Positions 33,431-40,647 of a stretch of 46,245 nt of DNA are shown here, piece after piece. A model generated the notes under the pieces. That model worked only from the letters and a program-made list of their open reading frames with translations, was not told where the DNA came from and did no database searches. Positions within the stretch are counted from its first letter, which is position 1. Every line of letters begins with the position of its first letter. This DNA is from a virus (lineage: Duplodnaviria > Caudoviricetes): positions 1 through 46,245 of IMG/VR virus record IMGVR_UViG_3300007734_000703; one strand, given 5' to 3'. The position numbers and the translations under genes were made by a program.

Positions 33431-33753
33431 TATGCCGCCCTCCGAACGAGATTCCACGCCTCAAGGATTGCCAGCGCTTCTGGCAGACCTTCCGCGATCA
33501 CCGAAAAGCCGCCGGCGCTGTTCACTGCATCTCGAAACTCAAGCTGCTCCTCGGACGGCCTGCCGCCGTCTTTTTTTAGTTCGATCGTGTAGAACTTGCC
33601 GCGGTGCAGGGCGTGAACGTCATGCACGCCGGCCCTGAAGCCGACAGTTCGGCGTGCTTCGCGATTGTTGGGGACCGGCCACGCGACAACGCCAGGCATC
33701 CCGCGCGACCTGATCTCGGCGAATACCGCCCGCTGGATTTCTGCCTCGGTCAA
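33430..33753 (-). CDS. VRR-NUC endonuclease
   Basis: EAEIQ, VPN, G.RAGV.D, IELK..GGR.SEEQ. Confidence 0.88.
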   Translation of the reverse strand: MTEAEIQRAVFAEIRSRGMPGVVAWPVPNNREARRTVGFRAGVHDVHALHRGKFYTIELKKDGGRPSEEQLEFRDAVNSAGGFSVIAEGLPEALAILEAWNLVRRAA

Positions 33754-33950
33754 GCGGCCAACTCCCGTTCGACCTGCCGGCGCCGAAGCTCGACTAGCTC
33801 TTGTCGAAGCACCCGCGTCGGCTTGTGCAGCCGCTCAGCGTGCGAGATTTTGGATTGAATGCGCGCTATCTCGCGCCGCAAAGGGTCGGAAATTAGATCA
33901 CCTATCGCGCGTTCAAACTCTGCAATAGCAGCGTCGATGTCTGTTTGCAT
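33750..33950 (-). CDS. Hypothetical protein
   Basis: AGGA RBS; coupled to the VRR-NUC gene. Confidence 0.65.
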   Translation of the reverse strand: MQTDIDAAIAEFERAIGDLISDPLRREIARIQSKISHAERLHKPTRVLRQELVELRRRQVERELAA

Positions 33951-34027
33951 GGCACGTCCTGCATAGCCTGATTTTCAAAACGCAAGACGCAACAAAACAA
34001 ATTGGACCCGCAATACACAGCCTGTGA

Positions 34028-34654
34028 TTATGTGGATGGTTTCAAACGATCCAATATTTTCGACCGGATCGCGGCCACTTCCTTGTCAAGCTGTGAATCC
34101 TCAGCGCATAGCGTTTTGATGCGCCGCACCGCCGAAAACACCGTGGAGTGGTCGCGGAAGAACCTCCGTCCGAGATACGGATATGATCGGCCAGTCATCT
34201 CGTAGGCAAGGAACATCGCGATCTGGCGCGGCCTTACGATGTGAGCCAGGCGCCGGGTGCACATCAGGTCATCGCGCGTCATTCCGAAATGCTCGGCAAC
34301 AATCTGCTGTATGTCGCTGGTCAATGGGCGATCAAAGATCGCGGGCTTCTCGGCCTTCACCTGCTCAAAGATGATGTCGATGGCCGGCTTCGGCTTGGCT
34401 AATGCCGCAAGTTCGGCAGCTTCGCGCGCCGCTTTCTCGGCGGCCTTTCTCGCTGCGAGTTTGGCCGCTTCGTCATTGACCCTGGCGCGGAACGCATTGT
34501 GCCGGTCAATGACCGCAGCCTGCGTCGGCGTGAATTGCGCGCGATGCAGCGCGGGAATTACTTTCGCGTTGTGGTCTGTTGTGACCGGACTTGCCTTGGC
34601 TTCCGGCGCAACGTGGGATGCCGAACTAGGTTCGGTCGCGTATGCGTAAGACAT
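34028..34654 (-). CDS. DnaA domain IV-like HTH protein
   Basis: IQQIVAEHFG....DL...RR...IVRPRQIAMFL...T..SYP.LGR.F.RDHSTV..AVRRI. Confidence 0.88.
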   Translation of the reverse strand: MSYAYATEPSSASHVAPEAKASPVTTDHNAKVIPALHRAQFTPTQAAVIDRHNAFRARVNDEAAKLAARKAAEKAAREAAELAALAKPKPAIDIIFEQVKAEKPAIFDRPLTSDIQQIVAEHFGMTRDDLMCTRRLAHIVRPRQIAMFLAYEMTGRSYPYLGRRFFRDHSTVFSAVRRIKTLCAEDSQLDKEVAAIRSKILDRLKPST

Positions 34655-34793
34655 GAGAAACCCCCTACTGGTTGAAATCTCCCGCCCCGGCGGGCCTCAC
34701 GCACGACTTACAAAATAAGCACCCGCGCCCTAGCGCCCCTGAGGCAATGACCTTTCTGGATAGGCAGGAATTGCCAACGGTAGAGCGCGGGAT

Positions 34794-35381
34794 TCAAAGC
34801 GGCAGCGACAGTTGTTCGCGCCGTTGTTCGTATGCGAGCGAGCATTCACGGGCGCGGACTGTTTCCAGCCACCAACGCTGCGTGCAGCCACGCATGAGAT
34901 ATTCGAGAACGATCCAGCCCGCCTCCGTGTGCAGCAGCTTGAGGACCGCGCGGGACGGTGGATCGAATTTGCCGCGCACCCATTCGTAACAGGTGCGCTC
35001 TGGCTCGCCGGTAAGGTGATGGACCTTCTTTGCGCTTGAATCACCGAACAACTCCATTGCCAATAAACTGAACCATGCTGGCCCAGATGAAGGTTTTTCT
35101 TGCGGATTCAGTGGAAATCGCGGCTGCGGTATCGAACCAAATGTCTGGCTCACGATCTTTCGTACAGCCGCACAATCGACATACCACTCACGCCCCCCGC
35201 CCGATCTGTATGGCTTCAGCATCTTGTGGATCGCTAGTTCATCCCCGTAAGTACCGTCTCGATGCGCGATCAATTTAATTTTTCCGGCGTATGTCTCGTG
35301 CTGCTTGAATCTGGCTTTAAGATTTGAGGAACAGCCGATCTTGATTTCGCCCTCGCGCTCAAGAGCGTAAATCACGGTCAC
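34794..35381 (-). CDS. GIY-YIG/T5orf172-like domain fused to a CII-like HTH domain
   Basis: VIY...IKIG.S.N...R...E..IH.......REWY, then a domain paralogous to 35378-35776; GTGA coupling at 35381. Confidence 0.75.
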   Translation of the reverse strand: MTVIYALEREGEIKIGCSSNLKARFKQHETYAGKIKLIAHRDGTYGDELAIHKMLKPYRSGGGREWYVDCAAVRKIVSQTFGSIPQPRFPLNPQEKPSSGPAWFSLLAMELFGDSSAKKVHHLTGEPERTCYEWVRGKFDPPSRAVLKLLHTEAGWIVLEYLMRGCTQRWWLETVRARECSLAYEQRREQLSLPL

Positions 35382-35776
35382 ACGTCCATTTCTGTTTGCT
35401 TTCGCACGTCCTCTACCGCGACGAACAGGCACCGAGCCTTCTTGGCTTCCGTCCACCACGACTGTTTGCTGTCCCTCAAAATCCATTCGAGCGCCCTCCA
35501 GCCCTGATCACTGTCCAAGATTTGCGCGAGAAGGATTGAGCCGGGGTCGGATTTGTCGGCTGCGATGTGCCGCGCCGTTCGCTCGGGACAACCCGTGTAA
35601 AACTCAATGCTGGCCGGGGTTTTCTGTGGCCACAGAGCGCGGGCAAGGCGCCCGAAACTGTAGCCCGGCAATTTCTTGCCGACATTCTCGACGGACGATG
35701 GCTTGAGAATTTCGCGGCCAAAGTTTGCCGCGACTTCCCGTGCATCTTCGCGCTCGACGCGCAATGCTTGACCCAT
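35378..35776 (-). CDS. CII-like regulator (positional call)
   Basis: AGGAG RBS; ARALWP.KT.....TG.PERTA HTH-like segment; downstream of cro. Confidence 0.65.
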   Translation of the reverse strand: MGQALRVEREDAREVAANFGREILKPSSVENVGKKLPGYSFGRLARALWPQKTPASIEFYTGCPERTARHIAADKSDPGSILLAQILDSDQGWRALEWILRDSKQSWWTEAKKARCLFVAVEDVRKQTEMDV

Positions 35777-35799
35777 GACGCAACTCCTACGGACGCAAC

Positions 35800-35961
35800 A
35801 TGAACGCGATTGAAGCCCTGATTAAAGCCGCCGAAGAAGAAGCCACACGCTTGCGCGATGCCGGTTTCACGGCAGGGAGCGCGCTGGCCTATCAGGCAAG
35901 AATTGAACGCTGGGAAAGGCTCGCCAGTGAAGCGCGGGCTGAACTGGCGAAGCTGAAATGA
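35800..35961 (+). CDS. Small antisense helical protein (53 aa)
   Basis: Translated by hand: MNAIEALIKAAEEEATRLRDAG...ARAELAKLK. Confidence 0.45.
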   Translation: MNAIEALIKAAEEEATRLRDAGFTAGSALAYQARIERWERLASEARAELAKLK

Positions 35962-36210
35962 TTTCCGCGCTTCCCCGAGCGTGGAAAGGGAGCCGCTACG
36001 AGGATTTGTATTGCGTGCCTCGTAGCGGTACTGGCGAACGCCAAGTTGCGAAAATTCAATGCCACACGTCCGCGCTGGGCGGTTGCCCACGGTCCCCGTC
36101 AAGTCGGGTACCGAACATAGTGACAAAAAGAAGTGTCTTGTTTGGAACAGTTCCGAAGCGGACGATGCCCGACATAGGCTGCGTTTTCGACCTTTGCCGG
36201 GGGGGATCGA

Positions 36211-36480
36211 ATGGGCCACAGCATCGTCGTTATGTCGGACGACATACCGATTACCGAACCGATCTACATTCCAATCGCCGTGGCCAGCAGGCTTGTCCGC
36301 GTCGAGCGGATGGGCGACTGGCTCTTGCTGTGCTTCGGCCTGGATACCGTGGATCAATCCGGAAGGCCGGTTGTCGAAATCACCGCCAAGGTCATGCGGC
36401 CCGAGAAGGACATGATGGGGGCGGATTGCATTATCGCAATGTCCAAGCGCGGCGAGCCGTCCAAGGGCGCGATGAACTGA
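36211..36480 (+). CDS. Hypothetical protein convergent on cro
   Basis: G-rich RBS; beta-type composition; ends 5 bp from the cro stop. Confidence 0.6.
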   Translation: MGHSIVVMSDDIPITEPIYIPIAVASRLVRVERMGDWLLLCFGLDTVDQSGRPVVEITAKVMRPEKDMMGADCIIAMSKRGEPSKGAMN

Positions 36481-36485
36481 GGCCG

Positions 36486-36740
36486 TCATTCGGCAGCCTC
36501 GCGCATAACCTCCGCGAGATCGGGCCGAAGCTCGCGCTTCGGTATGCCGGTCAATTTAGAAATTGCTGGAAGAACGTCAGGCGCAACGGGCTGGATACCC
36601 GTTTCGATTCTGGAAAGCTTGGCAGTCGATGGCCTCTCACAGCCTTCGCCTGCAATCCGATCCGCCAAATCTTCAAGGCTCATCCCTTCGCGCGCTCGAT
36701 ACGCTCGAATGGCTTCGCCGGCTGGTAGGATTTCACTCAT
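36486..36740 (-). CDS. cro: Cro-like XRE HTH regulator
   Basis: IRAYR...GMSLEDLA...S.AKLSRIETG...LRPDL; divergent from cI. Confidence 0.85.
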   Translation of the reverse strand: MSEILPAGEAIRAYRAREGMSLEDLADRIAGEGCERPSTAKLSRIETGIQPVAPDVLPAISKLTGIPKRELRPDLAEVMREAAE

Positions 36741-36744
36741 GCAA

Positions 36745-36825
36745 GCCTGTCTTACACTAGTTGCAAGTCTGGCGTCAAGCGCCTTTGCATCTAGCGGCAG
36801 GGACAACCCTTGCAGTGAGTGCAAA
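36745..36825. promoter_or_regulatory. OR-like region: three 17-bp operators and the cro promoter
   Basis: Operators at 36751, 36784, 36809; minus-strand TTGACG-N18-TAAGAC. Confidence 0.8.
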
Positions 36826-36833
36826 AATTCCAC

Positions 36834-37175
36834 ATGCCTCGTAGAGTCGCCTATCAGCGGGCCAGGCGCCCAATCTTCATTCGCCAGTGGAGGGAACACC
36901 GGGAGCTTTCTCAGGAAGCCCTTGCCGACCGGCTTGATATGTCAGCAGCGCAGCTCTCCCGGATCGAAAGCGGCAAACAAGGCTATACCCAGGATTTTCT
37001 GGAAGCCTGCGCCGATGCCCTCAGGACGTACGTGCCGAGCCTCCTGATGCGCAATCCGTCAAAGGATGACCCAAGCGACCCAAACTCGATTTGGTCGCTG
37101 TGGGACCACGCCAAGCCCGCCCAGAGGCGTTTAATCGTTGATCTGGCAAAATCGGTGACCAAAACGGGGACTTGA
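36834..37175 (+). CDS. cI: CI-like repressor (XRE HTH, no S24 peptidase domain)
   Basis: IRQWREHRELSQEALADRLDMS.AQLSRIESGKQ.YTQ..LE; 113 aa. Confidence 0.85.
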   Translation: MPRRVAYQRARRPIFIRQWREHRELSQEALADRLDMSAAQLSRIESGKQGYTQDFLEACADALRTYVPSLLMRNPSKDDPSDPNSIWSLWDHAKPAQRRLIVDLAKSVTKTGT

Positions 37176-37176
37176 T

Positions 37177-37407
37177 ATGGTTCCAACCGTCCTAATGGTG
37201 ACTTGGTTCTATCTGTCGCTGCCCCCGGTATCGTCACAGACCACATTTGAGAGCGGCGAAGCCTGCGATCGGGCTAAAATGAGCGTTGTTATGGAGGCGG
37301 CCCGGCTGAAAAACCAAGCCGCCAAGCCGGAGCGCGGGGCCTTTAGCATCCCGGCAGCCGTTCCCCCATATCCGACCGTATCGGTATTCTGCGCCCCAAT
37401 TCGCTAG
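37177..37407 (+). CDS. Small exported/membrane protein co-oriented with cI
   Basis: Starts 1 nt after the cI stop; hydrophobic N-terminus, FES.EAC..A and terminal C.P. Confidence 0.7.
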   Translation: MVPTVLMVTWFYLSLPPVSSQTTFESGEACDRAKMSVVMEAARLKNQAAKPERGAFSIPAAVPPYPTVSVFCAPIR

Positions 37408-37417
37408 CCTAAATTAT

Positions 37418-37471
37418 TTTGCATCTAGTGCAAATTTCCGCTTGACGGCTATCTTGCAACTAGCGTAAGGT
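37418..37471 (+). promoter_or_regulatory. OL-like region: two operators and the early promoter
   Basis: TTTGCATCTAGTGCAAA (37418), CTTGCAACTAGCGTAAG (37453); TTGACG-N18-TAAGGT. Confidence 0.8.
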
Positions 37472-37505
37472 CCCCCTCGTCAGATCGAACACGGGGACCG
37501 CACAG

Positions 37506-37808
37506 ATGACCGCCCTCTACATCATCGAACGCGATTTCGGAAAGCTCGGAACCGAGTTCTCCGGTGACCGGGAACACACCCTCCGGGGCGTCATCGACGA
37601 CATCGTGACAGGACAGACGGACAACGTGATCCGCGTCCTCGAAATCCACATCGACGAAAACCGCTGCCAGGACGTGACGGAAGATGTCGCCCGCGCGGTT
37701 CGTGATCGCATCGTCAACGAAAGCCTCTCCCTCGATTGGGACATGGCCAACTGGCTGCACTCTACGCTTGGAGTGAACAGCATCGCTTGGCCGGTCGCTG
37801 CTGAGTGA
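37506..37808 (+). CDS. Hypothetical early protein
   Basis: GGGGA RBS; DFGKLG.EF, DI.TGQ, VLEI, DVTEDVA. Confidence 0.75.
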   Translation: MTALYIIERDFGKLGTEFSGDREHTLRGVIDDIVTGQTDNVIRVLEIHIDENRCQDVTEDVARAVRDRIVNESLSLDWDMANWLHSTLGVNSIAWPVAAE

Positions 37809-37884
37809 TTGGGAAAATCCAACGTGAGTTCGGCGCGCAAACGATAGCGCAGTAGTCAAGTTCAACGATCCGAGGGGAAGCAAG

Positions 37885-38115
37885 ATGAGCCGCATGTCCG
37901 AACTAGCGATGGAAGGCGACCTCGCGCGCCGCATGTCAACCCAAGAGCAAGACATCGGCTTTGATGTAAACCGCCTCGTCGCCGTCACCGCCGATCTGCT
38001 CGACCACGCGCGCAGCCGCCCTGACTTGCTGGCGCGCGACCGCAGCATGATCGCAGACAGCGTTCAGCAACTCGGACGAATGATCGCCCGTTTACAAGAG
38101 GATGTAGCAGCATGA
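37885..38115 (+). CDS. Hypothetical protein
   Basis: GAGGGG RBS; ATGA-coupled. Confidence 0.7.
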   Translation: MSRMSELAMEGDLARRMSTQEQDIGFDVNRLVAVTADLLDHARSRPDLLARDRSMIADSVQQLGRMIARLQEDVAA

Positions 38116-38861
38116 GTAACGATCCGTTTGCCCGACATGGCATCAAGCATCTGTCGCCATCATCGCTCAATATGTGGCGCAACTCCCCCGGCATCTGGAC
38201 GCTGAAATATCTCCTGCGGCTGGATGATGGCGGGTCGCCCGCGATGTGGCGCGGCTCTGCGGTCGAGGCTGGACTGGCTGCCATGCTGCGCGGTGTTCCC
38301 GCGCCGGAAGCTCTCAAGATCGCTCGTAATCAGTTCGATCAAGAAGCGGCGGGCGAGGTCCGAGACGATGTGGCGGCAGAGCGCGTCATCATTGAGCCGA
38401 CGCTGGCGCAATGCGGGCACTGGATGCCCCTCGCCCCCGGCCCGCTGAATGCCTCGCAGCTAAAAGTCGAGCATTGGATACATGACGCCATAAGCGTCCC
38501 GGTGATCGGCTATCTCGATTTCGGTTTTGACGGGATCGACGTTGACCTGAAAACAACCAAGGCGATGCCGAGCGCGGCCCGCCCCGATCATGTTCGGCAG
38601 GTCAGTTTGTATCGCGTGGCGCGCAACCGGCGCGGCGCCCTTCTCTATGTGACGCCCAAGAAATTCGCTCAGTACGAGGTTGACGACGCAGCGATGAATA
38701 CCGCACTGGCTGGCCTGCGTGCGGACGCCTTGTCGCTGTCTCGGTTCCTCGCATCGCACGCCGATGCAGAGTCCGCCGTTCGGTCGCTCCCGATGGATAC
38801 CGAGCATTACGCATACCCGACCGGCGCAACCCTTCCGAGCTACCTAAGCGCAACCGTTTGA
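38112..38861 (+). CDS. PD-(D/E)XK RecB-like exonuclease
   Basis: HLSPSSLN, GYLDF, DLKTT, QVSLY. Confidence 0.82.
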   Translation: MSNDPFARHGIKHLSPSSLNMWRNSPGIWTLKYLLRLDDGGSPAMWRGSAVEAGLAAMLRGVPAPEALKIARNQFDQEAAGEVRDDVAAERVIIEPTLAQCGHWMPLAPGPLNASQLKVEHWIHDAISVPVIGYLDFGFDGIDVDLKTTKAMPSAARPDHVRQVSLYRVARNRRGALLYVTPKKFAQYEVDDAAMNTALAGLRADALSLSRFLASHADAESAVRSLPMDTEHYAYPTGATLPSYLSATV

Positions 38862-38889
38862 AACTGAAAACTGAAACCGGAGAACGAAA

Positions 38890-39507
38890 ATGGAAATTCC
38901 GAAACCGAGCGAAGGCGGGGGAGATTTTGAACTGGCCCCAACCGGAACGCATCTTGCGATCTGCTATCGGGTGATCGACCTGGGCACCCAGGAAACCACA
39001 TGGGAAGGCCAGACGAAACACGCGCACAAGGTTCTGGTTGGGTGGGAACTGCCTGACGAGAAGATGAGCGACGGGCGACCATTCATCATCCAGCAACGCT
39101 ACACATGGTCGATGCACGAAAAGGCCACGCTGCGGAAGCATCTGGAGGCGTGGCGCGGGACAGCATTCGTTGACAAGGATTTCGGCAAGGGCGGCTTTGA
39201 CATCAAGAACATCCTTGGCAAGCCCTGCGTGATTTCGATTGTTCACGCCGAACACAACGGCAAGACCTACGCGAACATTTCTGGCGTCGGAAAGCTGATG
39301 AAGGGGCAGACCGCCCCGCCGCAGATTAACCCCTCGGTCTATCTCTGGCTGCACAAGGACCGCTGGGAAATGTCGGTCTATGCGTCACTGACCGATGGGC
39401 TGAAAAACACCATCGCGAAAAGCCCCGAGTATCAAGAGTTGGCCGCCCCGTCTATCGCGTCGGATGGGGCGCAGGCCGATCTGCCAGAGGACGCCATTCC
39501 ATTTTAG
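38890..39507 (+). CDS. ssDNA-binding/recombination-associated protein
   Basis: P.GTH.A.CY.VIDLGTQ, SMHEKA.LRK.LE.WRG, GKPC, acidic tail ending DAIPF. Confidence 0.75.
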   Translation: MEIPKPSEGGGDFELAPTGTHLAICYRVIDLGTQETTWEGQTKHAHKVLVGWELPDEKMSDGRPFIIQQRYTWSMHEKATLRKHLEAWRGTAFVDKDFGKGGFDIKNILGKPCVISIVHAEHNGKTYANISGVGKLMKGQTAPPQINPSVYLWLHKDRWEMSVYASLTDGLKNTIAKSPEYQELAAPSIASDGAQADLPEDAIPF

Positions 39508-39516
39508 GAGGCAGAT

Positions 39517-39912
39517 ATGAGCCGCTACACCGTCACAATCACTTCCGATGAGGATCGGTCGCGCGCCCTGCAAATCGTCAGGCAGGCACCCGCTGGATCG
39601 CGGGTTGATGTGAAGGGGGCCAAGCGGTCGCTACCGCAAAATGATCGCATGTGGGCCATGCTGACGGACGTGGCCCAACAACTGCCCTGGCACGGCGTGA
39701 AGCTGCGCCCGGATGATTGGAAACTGATCTTTCTCAATGGCCTCAAGCGCGAACTGCGCATGGTGCCGAACTTGGACGGGACCGGCTTCGTGGACATCGC
39801 AAAATCATCGTCTGATCTGTCCAAGGAAGAAATGACGGACCTGATCGAACTGATGTTCGCGTTCGGCGCCGAGCATGGCGTCACGTTCCAAGACGCTGTG
39901 AGGGCGGCATGA
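39517..39912 (+). CDS. ninB: NinB recombination protein
   Basis: KRS..QN.RMWAML.DVA.Q..W.G.KL...DWK..F, SS.L...EM.DLIE...AFGA..GV.F. Confidence 0.9.
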   Translation: MSRYTVTITSDEDRSRALQIVRQAPAGSRVDVKGAKRSLPQNDRMWAMLTDVAQQLPWHGVKLRPDDWKLIFLNGLKRELRMVPNLDGTGFVDIAKSSSDLSKEEMTDLIELMFAFGAEHGVTFQDAVRAA

Positions 39913-40277
39913 GGGCCGTCCCCGAGTGGATAGCAACCAAGTCTGATGACGAAGCAATCCCGCCGCGTGTTCGCGCTCGCGTGTTCATGAAGTTCAGCGG
40001 CAAATGCGCCGGCTGCGGTCGCAAGATCGGTGAAGGCGCGCTTGAGTGGGACTGCGATCACATCATTGCGCTGGCGCTTGGCGGTCAGCACAGGGAAGGA
40101 AATTTGCGGCCACTCTGTCGGGCCGTCTGTCATCGGGACAAGACACGAGACGACGCTGCGCTGCGCAAGCGGTTCAACGCGAGCCAGAAGAAGCGCGCTG
40201 GAATTAAGAAGCGGCGCCGCACGATACCTGGCCGACGCTTTAATGGTGATCCAATCCCGGCCCGTTGGGTTGGGTGA
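39909..40277 (+). CDS. HNH endonuclease
   Basis: CAGC, DHIIALALGG.H.E.NL.PLC...CH..KT. Confidence 0.88.
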   Translation: MRAVPEWIATKSDDEAIPPRVRARVFMKFSGKCAGCGRKIGEGALEWDCDHIIALALGGQHREGNLRPLCRAVCHRDKTRDDAALRKRFNASQKKRAGIKKRRRTIPGRRFNGDPIPARWVG

Positions 40278-40304
40278 CGCTTACGACTGATGAGGGGACT
40301 GAAC

Positions 40305-40616
40305 ATGAGCAAGGGCGAAATATACAAGCACTTCACCAGCAAGTTCCCCGCCCCGAAAGAGGGGGATTTGAAGGTCTGGTGGATACCTCAAGTTTCTGGC
40401 GAGCCGTTTGAATGGCGAGTGGCCGACCTCGATCAAGCCGGACTGATGTTGGACGCCCTCGCCTGTTACGACGACTTTCAATTCTGGAAGCGCGTCAAAG
40501 GCGATTACAGCAACACAGGCGGCCTCGAAATTTTCCGTAATGGCGAGTGGGAAGATTGGGAGAGCGATGATTGCGACGACTTCGACACGTGGCGCGCCGA
40601 GCGCGAAGCTGCGTGA
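40305..40616 (+). CDS. P22 gp17-like protein (annotated as superinfection-exclusion related)
   Basis: LKVWWIPQV...F...V......LDALA.YD.FQ....K.DY.N.GGLE...W.DW, as I recall the P22 gene 17 product. Confidence 0.7.
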   Translation: MSKGEIYKHFTSKFPAPKEGDLKVWWIPQVSGEPFEWRVADLDQAGLMLDALACYDDFQFWKRVKGDYSNTGGLEIFRNGEWEDWESDDCDDFDTWRAEREAA

Positions 40617-40647
40617 CGCATTTCCCTCATAACTATAGGCCACGAAA

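Noticed and set aside
31849-33752. Two genes both starting MTEAEI (17 bp, 2 mismatches) flanking the replication module
   Set aside because: MTEAEI is a common helix-start sequence and the mismatches are synonymous; too weak to call a recombination scar without relatives.
35476-36489. 337-aa minus-strand ORF coupled to the cro stop
   Set aside because: Low-information composition, and it overlaps three more credible genes; a short translated part cannot be excluded.
38112-38861. Cas4 / CRISPR-related call for the exonuclease
   Set aside because: No four-Cys Fe-S motif and no array or cas genes; the context is a phage recombination module.
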